A stretch of DNA of 64,000 nucleotides from assembly GCA_041690135.1 (NCBI GenBank), contig JAWLHY010000004.1, positions 445,856-509,855 on the forward strand, in the 5' to 3' direction. Below the pieces are notes generated by a model, which was not told the origin of the DNA, searched no databases, and was given only the letters and a program-made list of their open reading frames with translations. A program made the position numbers and the translations under genes. This document shows, piece after piece, positions 1 to 9,403 of this stretch; position 1 is the first letter of the stretch, and the number at the start of each line of letters is the position of its first letter. The DNA is from Armatimonadota bacterium (GTDB lineage Bacteria; Armatimonadota; SYMT01).

Positions 1-141
1 CCGAACGACCTCACCAACGAAGGACGCCTCACCCGTCTGGGCGAACCGGACGACATCGCTAAAGCCTGCCTCTTCTTCGCCAGCGACCTGGCAGCCTACG
101 TTACGGGACAGAACATCGAGGTTAGCGGCAACTGCCGGTAA
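1..141 (+). CDS. SDR family oxidoreductase, C-terminal part (truncated by window edge)
   Basis: Frame 1 reads ...RLGEPDDIAKACLFFASDLAAYVTGQNIEVSGNCR*, the typical SDR C-terminus (RxGxPxDIA...S...YVTGQ). Confidence 0.8.
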   Translation, partial: PNDLTNEGRLTRLGEPDDIAKACLFFASDLAAYVTGQNIEVSGNCR

Positions 142-223
142 CATGGTTATCCGCTGCCGGTCACAGCCACCTGGGGGAACGGGAGTGTGGGGGTGTGGGG
201 GTAGGGGTGGGATGTGCGGGAGA

Positions 224-763
224 ATGGGAGCGCCGCTGACCCGATACCTCTTCCTGTTCACCTTCGCTATGTGGATCACGGTGCTCCCAGCCGGGGCGGT
301 GATTACGCGCCTCTACCCGCTGGCGGACGTGATTGCCGGCGCGGACACCATCGTGGTGGCCCGAATAACGACGCGTGATACCCGGCAACAAACAGCCGGC
401 CTCAAGGTAACGGAGGCGCTGAAGGGGAAGCCTGCGGGCGCCACATTCCGGGTCCGCCTCGCGGGCGCCAACGATAAAACGCAGGCGCCCGTTCTCCTTC
501 AGCGCCTCAAACCCGGCCGCACGGTGATCCTGTTCGGCAAGGCCCGAAAGTTCACCCTGGGCTACGTCGAAGGAACGTGGTTCCGGCTGGCGGAACCGAC
601 CGGACCCGCCCAACCCTGGCAGTTCGTGCACCTGGAGGTCTATCTCCGCCGGACTTTCCGCGGTGCCGGCGCCGAGCTGCAGCGGACCGTGGTCGGGGTG
701 CTGAACGGTAAGATGAAGGCGCCCGCACCGGATGCCAGTGTTAAACCGGGTTACGGCAACTGA
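224..763 (+). CDS. Hypothetical exported protein
   Basis: ATG at 224 in ORF 143..763; hydrophobic N-terminus ending LPAGA (signal-peptide-like); GC3-biased codons. Confidence 0.65.
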   Translation: MGAPLTRYLFLFTFAMWITVLPAGAVITRLYPLADVIAGADTIVVARITTRDTRQQTAGLKVTEALKGKPAGATFRVRLAGANDKTQAPVLLQRLKPGRTVILFGKARKFTLGYVEGTWFRLAEPTGPAQPWQFVHLEVYLRRTFRGAGAELQRTVVGVLNGKMKAPAPDASVKPGYGN

Positions 764-803
764 TACCCCGCCCCACCGGATTTGGAAAAGAAAGGGAAAC
801 TGG

Positions 804-1184
804 ATGGAACAGCGATTGGAAGAGCTCGAACGCCGCCTGACCGTTGCGGAGCAGCGGACCGCACAGGCCGAACGGCAGGTCAGGTCCCTACGGCTGGCCG
901 GCCTGGCCCTACTGGCGACGGGGGGCGCCCTGCTCGCCGCGCGCCCGGGACTGACCCAGGCGAAGAGCAAACCGATCAAGGTCACCAAGGTCACCGCCCC
1001 GTTCCAGGTGGTGGACGCCAGCGGTAGGCTGATGATGCTGGTGGAGTCCGGCCGCCCGGGCACTTCGCTGCAACTCTTCGACTCCGCCGGGCGGCCCGTG
1101 GTGGTGCTCGGCAACGGAGAGAAGGGGGGAGGCAAGGTGAGCGTCAGCGACCGGACCGGTAAAGTGGTCTTCACCAAACCCTGA
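804..1184 (+). CDS. Hypothetical protein (N-terminal coiled coil, one TM helix, small beta domain)
   Basis: AAAGGGA RBS before ATG 804; MEQRLEELERRL coiled coil, then LAGLALLATGGALLAA. Confidence 0.7.
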   Translation: MEQRLEELERRLTVAEQRTAQAERQVRSLRLAGLALLATGGALLAARPGLTQAKSKPIKVTKVTAPFQVVDASGRLMMLVESGRPGTSLQLFDSAGRPVVVLGNGEKGGGKVSVSDRTGKVVFTKP

Positions 1185-1328
1185 ACCGCAGAAGCATTTC
1201 CCACCTCGACCGCAATAGAACACGGAAGCAGGCGGAGAGGGTGCAATTCTCCGCCTTTCTTTACCCTTTTTTCCGCGCCATTCCGCGTTTTCCGCGGGCA
1301 TAACCGGTTCCCTACTCCGCCGACCTGG

Positions 1329-1712
1329 TCAGCGCCCTTCGACGGCGTGCCGCGCCATCTCCGGCACCTCCTCGATATCGGCGTTGGGGTCCCCAAACAT
1401 CTCGTACTCGTAGTCCACGGTGATGCGAGTCCGCCCCGTCCCGGCCGGCTCGAAACGCGCCTGACCGCTGTTCGGCAATCCGGAGACGCTCCGCCAAGCG
1501 ATCGTGTGGTCGCGCTCCCGGACGGAGATGTCGGCGATCCAGTCGAAGCGCTGTCCGTTCACCTCGGTCACGAACTCCGCCGCTTCATCGCTGAGACGGC
1601 GGGCTTCCTTCAACTCCGGCGCCCACTGCTTCAAGTTCTCCAGGTCCGCCCACTGGCGAAAGACAAAATCGACCGGGCCGTCGACCTCAAAACTCTTACT
1701 GTCCCTTGGCAT
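1329..1712 (-). CDS. SRPBCC / polyketide cyclase-dehydrase family protein
   Basis: GGAGG RBS; motifs VDxPVxxVFxQWxDLEN, WxADI...IAWRSVSG..NSG.ARF. Confidence 0.85.
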   Translation of the reverse strand: MPRDSKSFEVDGPVDFVFRQWADLENLKQWAPELKEARRLSDEAAEFVTEVNGQRFDWIADISVRERDHTIAWRSVSGLPNSGQARFEPAGTGRTRITVDYEYEMFGDPNADIEEVPEMARHAVEGR

Positions 1713-1786
1713 ATTCCCTCCTGTGGGGTGCATTCCGCACCCCACAGGAGCTTTACCCGGGCGGGTGGCGCATCAATCGGAAGGAA

Positions 1787-1924
1787 AAGTGATCCGCGAA
1801 TGAGACGAACAGGAATGAGCGCGGGAGTCTCGCCCGCCGGATGACGAAGTGATCCGCGAATGAGACGAACAGGAATGAGCGCGGGAGTCTCGCCCGCCGG
1901 ATGACGAAGTGATCCGCGAATGAG
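1787..1924. repeat. Exact 60-bp tandem duplication (~2.3 copies) containing a REP-like hairpin
   Basis: 1801-1860 and 1861-1920 are identical; the unit contains GAGCGCGGGAGTCTCGCCCGC. Confidence 0.95.
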
Positions 1925-2147
1925 GCGAATGAGGCGAATGAAGCGAAGGGGTAAGGCGTCCGGGCCGGCAGGCATTCAGGCGGTCAGCCATTCAGGCCGT
2001 CAGGCATTCGGGCATCCGGACAGTCAGGCATTGCCCACGGCAGTCATGGCGAGGAGCGAGAGACCAGAAGTAACTTCCCCAAACCCGATGAGCCCCATGT
2101 CGAAGCATCTAGCTCACCGAACCCGATCCCGTAAGCGACGTGGCCAT

Positions 2148-2350
2148 CCCCCTGGTCAGGACACCCGGCATTACACGCTACTCTTTATCCTCATCCTTAT
2201 CCATCCCGCCCCCTGGTCCGGGCACCCGTCCTTACTCGGGATCCTTATCCTTATCCACTCCACATCCTTATCCACTCCGCCCCCTGGTCAGGGCACCCGT
2301 GATGGGCTCAGCCCGTTTACCCTAATCGTAATCCTAGTCCTAATCCATCA
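2148..2350. repeat. Three 20-bp direct repeats (CCCCCTGGTCAGGGCACCCG) separated by ATCCTY-hexamer tracts
   Basis: Copies at 2148-2167, 2209-2228 and 2280-2299, each at most 1 mismatch from consensus; spacers 41 and 51 bp. Confidence 0.85.
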
Positions 2351-3436
2351 TGCGGCCTGCTTCTCCTCCACCAGGGAAGCCGGCGGGTCCAGCTCGTTCT
2401 CGTCGTACCAGCGGAGCGGGTCGTGCATCAGCACGGAGACCATGTTCGGCAGCATCGCGGGGAGACGGAACTGCGGCGCCCAGTCCAGCAGCGTCCGCGC
2501 ACGGCGGCAGTCCAGTTCGTAATGGTCATCCGCGTGGTCGATCATCCACGGCTTGATGAACGTCTCGCGGCTGGTCGGAAGGTGCTCCTGGATCCACGCG
2601 CCGGCGCGTGCCACCGCGGGCGGAATGATCTGGACCTCTTCCTCTCGGCCCAGCAATAGCCGGCTCACTTCTTCCTGGATCTCTTGATACGAGACCGGCT
2701 CATCCTCTCCCAGCAGGAGGATCGTCTCCCGTGGCAGATCGTTGCGGCGATCGATAACCCGGACCAGGGCCTCGACCAGGTCCTCCTGCTGCAGGTACGT
2801 CATGCCATGCAGCGGGTTGCCGGCGAAGAAGTGGCCGGACAACTGGCGCTCGTAGATCCGCTGAAAGTGCCGGGCCAGCACCGGGTGGCGACAGAACTCG
2901 TCGTAGACCGACGCAATCCGCGCGACGACCAGGGGCATATCTCCCCGGTGGGAGAGAAGGAGTCGCTCCGCTTCCAGCTTGGAGCGCGGATAACCCCAGT
3001 CGCGGTTCGTGGTGAACGGCGAAGTCTCGTGGATTCGCTCCCCCGGCTCCGTGGGCGCGTGAACCATCATCGTGCTGGCAAACAGGAACTGTTCGACCTT
3101 GAAGTCGCGCAGGCCCCGCACCAATCGCCAGGTGCCCCTCACGTTGACTTCATCGTAGAGCGGATGCCGCTGTCCCGAGAAATCGTAGTAGGCGGCCAGG
3201 TGGACCACCGAAGCGATGCGGTTCCCGTAACACTCGCGGACATAAGCCAGGGCTTCCTGCACCCGGGTCTCATCCGCCAGGTCCACGGTAACGCAGTCCG
3301 CCACATGCAGGGCGCAGTTGCCCGGCCGGCGGTCGAAGCCCACCACGCGGTACCGTTCGTGCAGCCGTTCCGTCAACCGGCTCCCGATCCGGCCGCTGCT
3401 GCCGGTGATGATGATGATGTCTTTGTTCTCTTCCAT
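2348..3436 (-). CDS. NAD-dependent epimerase/dehydratase (extended SDR)
   Basis: ITGSSGRIG Rossmann motif, VHLAAYYDF, YPRSK catalytic YxxxK; alternative GTG start at 3454. Confidence 0.9.
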   Translation of the reverse strand: MEENKDIIIITGSSGRIGSRLTERLHERYRVVGFDRRPGNCALHVADCVTVDLADETRVQEALAYVRECYGNRIASVVHLAAYYDFSGQRHPLYDEVNVRGTWRLVRGLRDFKVEQFLFASTMMVHAPTEPGERIHETSPFTTNRDWGYPRSKLEAERLLLSHRGDMPLVVARIASVYDEFCRHPVLARHFQRIYERQLSGHFFAGNPLHGMTYLQQEDLVEALVRVIDRRNDLPRETILLLGEDEPVSYQEIQEEVSRLLLGREEEVQIIPPAVARAGAWIQEHLPTSRETFIKPWMIDHADDHYELDCRRARTLLDWAPQFRLPAMLPNMVSVLMHDPLRWYDENELDPPASLVEEKQAA

Positions 3437-3457
3437 CTTCCGTGGGCTCTCCACGCC

Positions 3458-3919
3458 CTACTGGGGAATGGACTTACGGGTGCGGTCGAGCAGCTTGGTC
3501 AGGATCTGGAAGAAGAGGCCACCAGCCGCCACCGCGAATACCAGCATCACGACGCGCGCCAGGGTTGGGGCGGCGATCCAGAAGAAGCTGAGCAGCGTGG
3601 CGATCCAGACACCCGTACACCACGGACAGAGGATCAACTCGCCGGCCACGCGCCGCAGGCCTCTCCCCCGCGGCACTTCCTCTTCCTCCCACGACCCGTC
3701 CGGCTGCTCCACCCGCACCTTTTCACAGAACGGCGCCCGCAAGGCACTGGCCACCTTCTCTTCCGTGATGATCTCCGTGACCCGGAAGGTCGCCAGGCTC
3801 AGCAGAAGCACGTCTATCAATTCGACCTCCTGCGGCCACGGGAGGTTCCCCGCCCGCATAAACGACAGGAAGAGCCCCCAGAGCACGATATAGGTTGTTA
3901 GAAAGAAGCCGTACTGCAT
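3458..3919 (-). CDS. DUF1360 family membrane protein
   Basis: LATFRVTEIITEEKV..LRAPF and GELILCPWCTGVW motifs; several TM segments. Confidence 0.85.
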   Translation of the reverse strand: MQYGFFLTTYIVLWGLFLSFMRAGNLPWPQEVELIDVLLLSLATFRVTEIITEEKVASALRAPFCEKVRVEQPDGSWEEEEVPRGRGLRRVAGELILCPWCTGVWIATLLSFFWIAAPTLARVVMLVFAVAAGGLFFQILTKLLDRTRKSIPQ

Positions 3920-4013
3920 CGGTTCGCCCGCGCCCCCGTGAAACCCGGATCTCGCCTCCCTTTCATCCCCAGAACCGAGGCGGGATCAATCAGGATGGGG
4001 CATACTGGGAACG

Positions 4014-5471
4014 ATGTTGACCCAGGACGACGTGCTCTACATGATCGTCACCGACCGCTTTGCGGATGGTGACCCCGCCAACAACGGCCGGACCGACCGC
4101 TCTTCCCTGACCGCCCGCCACGGGGGCGACCTGATCGGGATCGTGCACCGGATGCCGTACCTCCGCGACCTGGGCGTGACCGCGCTTTGGATCACCCCGG
4201 TCTACCAGAACGATCCCACGGGCTATCACGGCTACCACCCGAACGACTTCGAGAAGGTCGATCCCCACCTCTGCAGCCCGGAACTGGGGCCGGTGGGGAG
4301 CCGCGAGGCCTTCCGACGGTTCGTGGAGCTGGCACACGCCTACGGCCTCAAAGTGGTCCTGGACCTGGTGGTCAACCACACGGGGCCCGACCATCCCTGG
4401 GTAAAAGAGCGCCCCGGCTGGTTCAACGCACCGGGCAGCACCATCGAGAAGGCGTGGCTGTGGGACCTCCCGGACCTCAACCACGACGAGGTGGACGTTA
4501 ACACCTACTTCGTCCGCAATGTGCTGGAGTGGATCAACGAAACGGAGGTCGACGCCATCCGGATCGACGCCGTCCGCCACGTGGAGAGCCAATTCTGGCA
4601 CCTCTTCAAGCTCTTCGCCCACGGCTGCCGCCCGGACTGCACCCTCCTGGGCGAGGTGTGGGACCCGGACGTTTCCCGCGTGGCGCCGTTCCAGACCCGC
4701 CACGGGTTCGACGCGATGTTCGACTTCCCGCTCCAGATGGCGCTGGAGGACGTTTTCGTCCGCGACCAGCCGTTCCACCGGATCGCCCGCCCGGAGCTAG
4801 CCGACAGGGAGCCGGAGGGCATCCTCAACATGGACAAGGCGTACCGGAACGCCTACCAGTTGGTCACCTTCCTGGAGAACCACGACACGCCGCGCTTCTA
4901 CCACCTCGCCGGAAGTGAGGTGAACCCGGAAGAAGCGGAGGCCCGGACCCGCCTGGCCCTCGCCTTCCTGTTCACCACGCGCGGTATTCCCCAGCTTTAC
5001 TACGGGTCGGAGCTGTTGCTGGAGGGCGGACCGCACCCGGACAACCGGCGCGACATGCCGTGGGAGCGCCTCCACGCCGCCGATGCGGAGGGAACCCGGG
5101 CTCGGAAGATGCTCGCCTACGTCCGGCAGCTCATCCGCTTGCGCAAAACGAGCCGGGCCCTGAAATACGGAGCGCTGGTGACGCTGTACCTCACGCCCAC
5201 CTTCTACGCCTTCGCGCGCGCCTACGCCGACGACGCCCGCCTGGTCGCGCTCAACAATGCCGCGGAGCCGGTGGAAGTCACCATCCCGATCCACGCCAAC
5301 ACCCGGCTGCCAACCCTCGCCCGGGAAGCGGCCCGTAACGGCCTCCCCCTGGTGAACGACCTGGACCCCGCGGACGTGGTGCGGATCGAGAACGGCAGCA
5401 TTACCGTCCGCCTTGCCGCACGCTCCGCCGCCATCTATCGGCCCATCTACCAGGGCGAATTCCTGGGCTGA
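4014..5471 (+). CDS. Alpha-amylase family glycoside hydrolase (GH13), cytoplasmic
   Basis: TDRFADGD, HGGDLxG, YHGY, DLVVNH; catalytic IRIDAVRH / GEVW / NHD; GIPQLYYG. Confidence 0.95.
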   Translation: MLTQDDVLYMIVTDRFADGDPANNGRTDRSSLTARHGGDLIGIVHRMPYLRDLGVTALWITPVYQNDPTGYHGYHPNDFEKVDPHLCSPELGPVGSREAFRRFVELAHAYGLKVVLDLVVNHTGPDHPWVKERPGWFNAPGSTIEKAWLWDLPDLNHDEVDVNTYFVRNVLEWINETEVDAIRIDAVRHVESQFWHLFKLFAHGCRPDCTLLGEVWDPDVSRVAPFQTRHGFDAMFDFPLQMALEDVFVRDQPFHRIARPELADREPEGILNMDKAYRNAYQLVTFLENHDTPRFYHLAGSEVNPEEAEARTRLALAFLFTTRGIPQLYYGSELLLEGGPHPDNRRDMPWERLHAADAEGTRARKMLAYVRQLIRLRKTSRALKYGALVTLYLTPTFYAFARAYADDARLVALNNAAEPVEVTIPIHANTRLPTLAREAARNGLPLVNDLDPADVVRIENGSITVRLAARSAAIYRPIYQGEFLG

Positions 5472-5508
5472 TTCCCGGCCGGACGTGCCTCAACTGGGTC
5501 CGCTCTCC

Positions 5509-6474
5509 CTACTTCACCAGCCAGCGGAAGATGCGGAACAACAACCCCGGCCTTCCGTTCCCCTCCGTACCCCCGCCGGCCGGACGGCGAGGCCGTGATT
5601 GCGATCCGGCGGGCGGCGGCTCCACCTCAATCTCATCCGACATGTCGGCGTAGTCCTCGTGTTCGGAGGCGTAGTCGTCCTCCCGGCCGGGGATCGGGCG
5701 GATCGTTTTGCCGTCGGAAGTCAGGTAGGCGCCGCTCCACGCCTCACAGGCGGTATGCTCCACCGGCTGGATGTACGCGGCTTCCTGGAAAGAAAGGTCG
5801 TGGAACCGCACCCGCCCCAGCTTCTCCCGCAGGTCCAGAGGAAGCTGCTCCAGCCGGACCGGCTCCCGCGGCTGGCGATCCCGACCGTACGCGCCGGCGA
5901 CCCAGTTGTCCGTGAGGTGCGTGTAAGAGAAGAAACCGTACTTCGCCAGGTGCGCGCTGCCGACCTCATCCTCCTCCGGCTCGTCGTCATCCGCCTCGGC
6001 GTAGTGGTAGGTGCAGAATCGGCAGGCGCCGTCCGCGTGCAGCCGCTCGAACGTCGCCTTCCGGATCCGCCGCCACACGACCGCCACCCCTTCCGTGGCG
6101 TGGACCTCGTACAGTTCCCCGCGGCGCAGCTCCTCCTCCACGGGCGCCAGCGAGTCCAGGAACATCAGCAGGTCGTCCAGGCTCTCCCCGTTGCCGAAGT
6201 AGGAGCGGTGCTGTTCGCCCACCCCTCTCCCGGGCGCCCGGCCAGGAGCGGGGTCCAGCCGCTCCCCCGTGCGCGGCAGCGCCTTCGCCACCCGGCTCGT
6301 GACGTCTTCTTCCTGATCCGTCAGCGCCTCGCTCGGCACTGCGCCGGCTTCGCCACTCTCAAAGTAGGCGACGAACCCGTCCCGGTCCACCGCGAACCAG
6401 GTGGTGTCCATGCTGTGCGCGGCCGGGTATTCCGCCTCCGCCGGGTACTCCGGCGCCCCCAGGTCATCCGCCAT
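5509..6474 (-). CDS. Conserved-looking acidic hypothetical protein (PAAHSMDTTWFAVD motif)
   Basis: GGAGG RBS before ATG 6474, which overlaps the upstream radical SAM stop; coding-like codon bias. Confidence 0.75.
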   Translation of the reverse strand: MADDLGAPEYPAEAEYPAAHSMDTTWFAVDRDGFVAYFESGEAGAVPSEALTDQEEDVTSRVAKALPRTGERLDPAPGRAPGRGVGEQHRSYFGNGESLDDLLMFLDSLAPVEEELRRGELYEVHATEGVAVVWRRIRKATFERLHADGACRFCTYHYAEADDDEPEEDEVGSAHLAKYGFFSYTHLTDNWVAGAYGRDRQPREPVRLEQLPLDLREKLGRVRFHDLSFQEAAYIQPVEHTACEAWSGAYLTSDGKTIRPIPGREDDYASEHEDYADMSDEIEVEPPPAGSQSRPRRPAGGGTEGNGRPGLLFRIFRWLVK

Positions 6475-7222
6475 CCGTCCCTCCGCAAAAGGCCAGGCCC
6501 AATCCATCCAGGCAACTCAATAAGCCCGCATACGTAAGATCCGGAAGCGGGCGCCGGGTTTCGGTGTAAGAACACCAGGCCACCGACCGGTCCCACCGGA
6601 GGGAGCAGAACCGCGGGCTGGGGCCGCACTGCAGCAGGCAGGTCATCGACTGAAAGCGGTCGTCGCCCGCCACCTCCGCCAGCTCGCGCGGGGTGGGGGT
6701 GTCCTGCCCCCGCATCGGCAGGTAAACGATCCGGTCGTTCCCGATCCCGGCTTCCCGCACCCGCAGCGCCGCCACCCGGGCCGCCTCCAGCCGCGAGCGC
6801 TGCACCAGGAAGTTCACCCCGCTGCGGACGCCCCGCTCCGACAGCGCCCGCACCTGCCGGATCACCCGCCGCACCTCCGCCTCCCGCTCCGGGAAGTGGA
6901 TAGAAACGTGCACCTTCTCCGGCGCCGCCGCCACGATCCGCTCCAGCATCGCCTCGTTCAGCAGCAGCCCATTCGTCGTCAGCGACCGGAACAACCGCCC
7001 CCGCAGCCCTTCCAGCACGGGGAACAGCTCCGGGTACTGCAGCGGCTCCCCACCCCCGAACGACACCGCCCGCACCCCGTTCGCGGCGCAGTCTCCCACG
7101 AACGCGACCAGTTCCTCCGCCGCCCAGCCCGTCGTCCCCGCCGGGTGGCTGTGGTTGTAGCAAAACCAGCACGCCTTCGCGCACTGGTTGGTCACCTCAA
7201 TCGAGATCCGCTCCACTTGCAC
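6464..7222 (-). CDS. Radical SAM protein with C-terminal Cys cluster
   Basis: CAKACWFC (CxxxCxxC), SFGGGEP, TTNG; C-terminal CLLQC...FC...WCS; AGGAGGT RBS before GTG 7222. Confidence 0.92.
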   Translation of the reverse strand: MQVERISIEVTNQCAKACWFCYNHSHPAGTTGWAAEELVAFVGDCAANGVRAVSFGGGEPLQYPELFPVLEGLRGRLFRSLTTNGLLLNEAMLERIVAAAPEKVHVSIHFPEREAEVRRVIRQVRALSERGVRSGVNFLVQRSRLEAARVAALRVREAGIGNDRIVYLPMRGQDTPTPRELAEVAGDDRFQSMTCLLQCGPSPRFCSLRWDRSVAWCSYTETRRPLPDLTYAGLLSCLDGLGLAFCGGTDGG

Positions 7223-7295
7223 GGGGACCCACCTCCTACCCCACATTTTCGGAGCGTGGCTACGATCTCGACACAGAGAGACCCGGAGCTTCGCC

Positions 7296-8100
7296 GATTA
7301 AGATGATGATTACGATGAGGATAAGGAACGGCAAGTGCAGAGGCTCCGCCGTTTCCACCCCGCCCTGGTGCACCCAAATGTAGGGGCAGTGGCCCTGCTT
7401 GCCCTGGCTTGCCCCCGATGACCCCAGCGCAAACTCGCCATTGCGCCCTTGCCCTCCCACACCGTTCCCACCCCAGGTCTCGCCAGGCGAGAGCAGTTCT
7501 CGACACAGAGGGACACGCGAGGGAAACCAGACGGCACACAGAGCTCCGCCCCTGCCCTCCCACCCCGGTCCTACCTTGGACCGTACGGAGAATCGAGCCC
7601 AGGCCGCCGATACATTCAACGCCAACTCGGCCTCAATCCTGAACCTTGCCACGGCGCATGCGTCGGGTACCCTTTGGGTGTTGGAAGTCCGAGAGCTATC
7701 TCGGCTCCAACTACCGTCTTGCCTCCGCGCCGGCCGCACTCCTTTACCCTTCAGCCCACTCCACGCACTCCCACTCCGGGAGATCTCCCCCGCTCATCCT
7801 TCCGCCTTCATCCTTCCGCCTTCATCCTTCATCCTTCCGAAGGCCGTCAGCGTCCCCGGTGACCAACCCCGGAACGGCACCCGTCACCCACAGGCCAATG
7901 CCGCCGGAGAGAACGCGAAATCGCGAAAGAGCGAAGAACGCGAAAAACCGCTCGACCCGGAGGGGCGCGAAATCGCGAGAGCGTGTTCAGCCCCGTAGGC
8001 GAGCGCGAAACGCAGAGATAGGGGCCGCCCAGGGTACACTAAACCACGAGAGGACGACAACACGAGAAAGGAGGAACCCCGCGTTCATCCTTCCGAAGCC
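7296..8100. repeat. Intergenic mosaic of simple repeats (GATDAG hexamers 7296-7327, TTCATCC heptamers ~7794-7840, CGAAA octamers 7912-7946)
   Basis: Degenerate tandem tracts directly visible; no convincing ORF. Confidence 0.75.
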
Positions 8101-8245
8101 CGGTTCTTTTCGATACAGAGGTCCCAAGGGGTGCGAGACGGCAAACTGGTGCAAATCTCCACGCCGGAAAGTGGCACAGCCACCCAGTTGGCTGACACGT
8201 CTTCACGAGCCCTGTCACACAGGCATCCAGATTCCAATGTTCGGA

Positions 8246-8671
8246 TTACCAGTTATACTTAACCATATACTGTCCCGGGTCGGGTTCATACTTGATCACT
8301 TTCCAGTGCTCCCCCTTTCGTTCGTAGAGGTATGGCGCAACTCTGTACTCTGCAATGCCATACTCCCTGGCTAATACGCCCATCCAAGCATCCACACTTC
8401 TCGTTTTGGGCAGTCTGAAATATACTCGGTGAACGCCGAATCCGAATCCCGAGGGAACCTCGCATTTCACCACATCCGCTTCGTCAGGAATCGTGAAGAA
8501 ACGTCTGGCTTCTGATGGCCGCAGTGTGTGAGAATCCATTCCCCAATTACGTAGTGAAGTGACCACAGTCAAAGCACCGAGAACCCCTGCAGCACAAATC
8601 AAATAAAAAGCCCATCTCAACTCTTGCCCAAAATTGCTCAATTCCCGCCCCCTAGCAGTTGCTTCTACCAT
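8246..8671 (-). CDS. Hypothetical membrane-anchored protein (lower-GC island; possible immunity-type orphan)
   Basis: 141-aa ORF with one N-terminal TM helix; AT-richer codon use than flanks. Confidence 0.55.
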   Translation of the reverse strand: MVEATARGRELSNFGQELRWAFYLICAAGVLGALTVVTSLRNWGMDSHTLRPSEARRFFTIPDEADVVKCEVPSGFGFGVHRVYFRLPKTRSVDAWMGVLAREYGIAEYRVAPYLYERKGEHWKVIKYEPDPGQYMVKYNW

Positions 8672-8821
8672 CCGAAGGGCTTTGTACCGTACTTCGCAAA
8701 TTCCAGACAGCCGGCTATATAACCTTCATCCCTGCTTCCTGGTCTTGCAACGTTTAATACAGCTATCCAGTCATGCCGCCAGTTCTCTCTAGTGGGGACT
8801 ACTGAACCATGCCTACCATTC

Positions 8822-9172
8822 CTACCAGGCCATGAAGTCAATGGTGCGCTCCCAAAGCATCAATCGCACACCTTTAACTCTCGCATATCGCAGCACAAGG
8901 AACTTAGGTTCTGGCTTCTTCCAGTCAATGGGTCCTACTACAACCGCGCATACAGACGCAGGTTTCCGTGGAAACCCCAGATCGGCCCGGTGCAAAATTG
9001 AATCGATACTTCCCAGTACCATACCGTGCTTGCCGTACTCAATCTTCATTGTCGTATTCCGCGTCACTAACGGTATCGAAACTACTATCGTAACGAAAAT
9101 CAGAATACCGTTTGTGAGACACGTGCCATGACGGCTTACAGGCGAATTATCTCGGGCTTTGCACAGATACAT
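8822..9172 (-). CDS. Hypothetical protein with TM helix, possibly 5'-degraded
   Basis: 116-aa ORF with GILIFVTIVVSIPLV hydrophobic stretch in the lower-GC island. Confidence 0.4.
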   Translation of the reverse strand: MYLCKARDNSPVSRHGTCLTNGILIFVTIVVSIPLVTRNTTMKIEYGKHGMVLGSIDSILHRADLGFPRKPASVCAVVVGPIDWKKPEPKFLVLRYARVKGVRLMLWERTIDFMAW

Positions 9173-9267
9173 ATGAGCTAATTTATGTCATGAACGTCAC
9201 GGCCCGATAACGCCAGTGGGTTCGCAAATCCGCTTCCAGCGCGCCTCAACAGATAAGACTTCCCACA

Positions 9268-9333
9268 TTCACAACCACTCTTCAATCTCCGGAAGCGAGC
9301 CGGCCACGTAAAATGGCGTTCGACGAACCAGCC
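9268..9333 (-). pseudogene. IS5-family transposase C-terminal scrap
   Basis: Translates GWFVERHFTWPARFRRLKSGCE, resembling the IS5-family RWVVERxFAWxxRFRRLxxDYE motif; no other part of a transposase is visible. Confidence 0.55.
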
Positions 9334-9403
9334 ATGCGCCAGGTGCGCGAAATCGTTCGCAACACACCTTAATGCATAATACAAGCGATTAAAGCTGATT
9401 ACG

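Noticed and set aside
1787-2299. CRISPR array
   Set aside because: The 60-bp units are identical with no variable spacers; the 20-bp trio has low-complexity related spacers of unequal length; no cas genes are in the window.
7260-8374. Several 130-240 aa ORFs in the repeat mosaic
   Set aside because: They translate simple repeats (e.g. FILPPSSFIL, LILIVIII) and overlap in multiple frames without coding bias.
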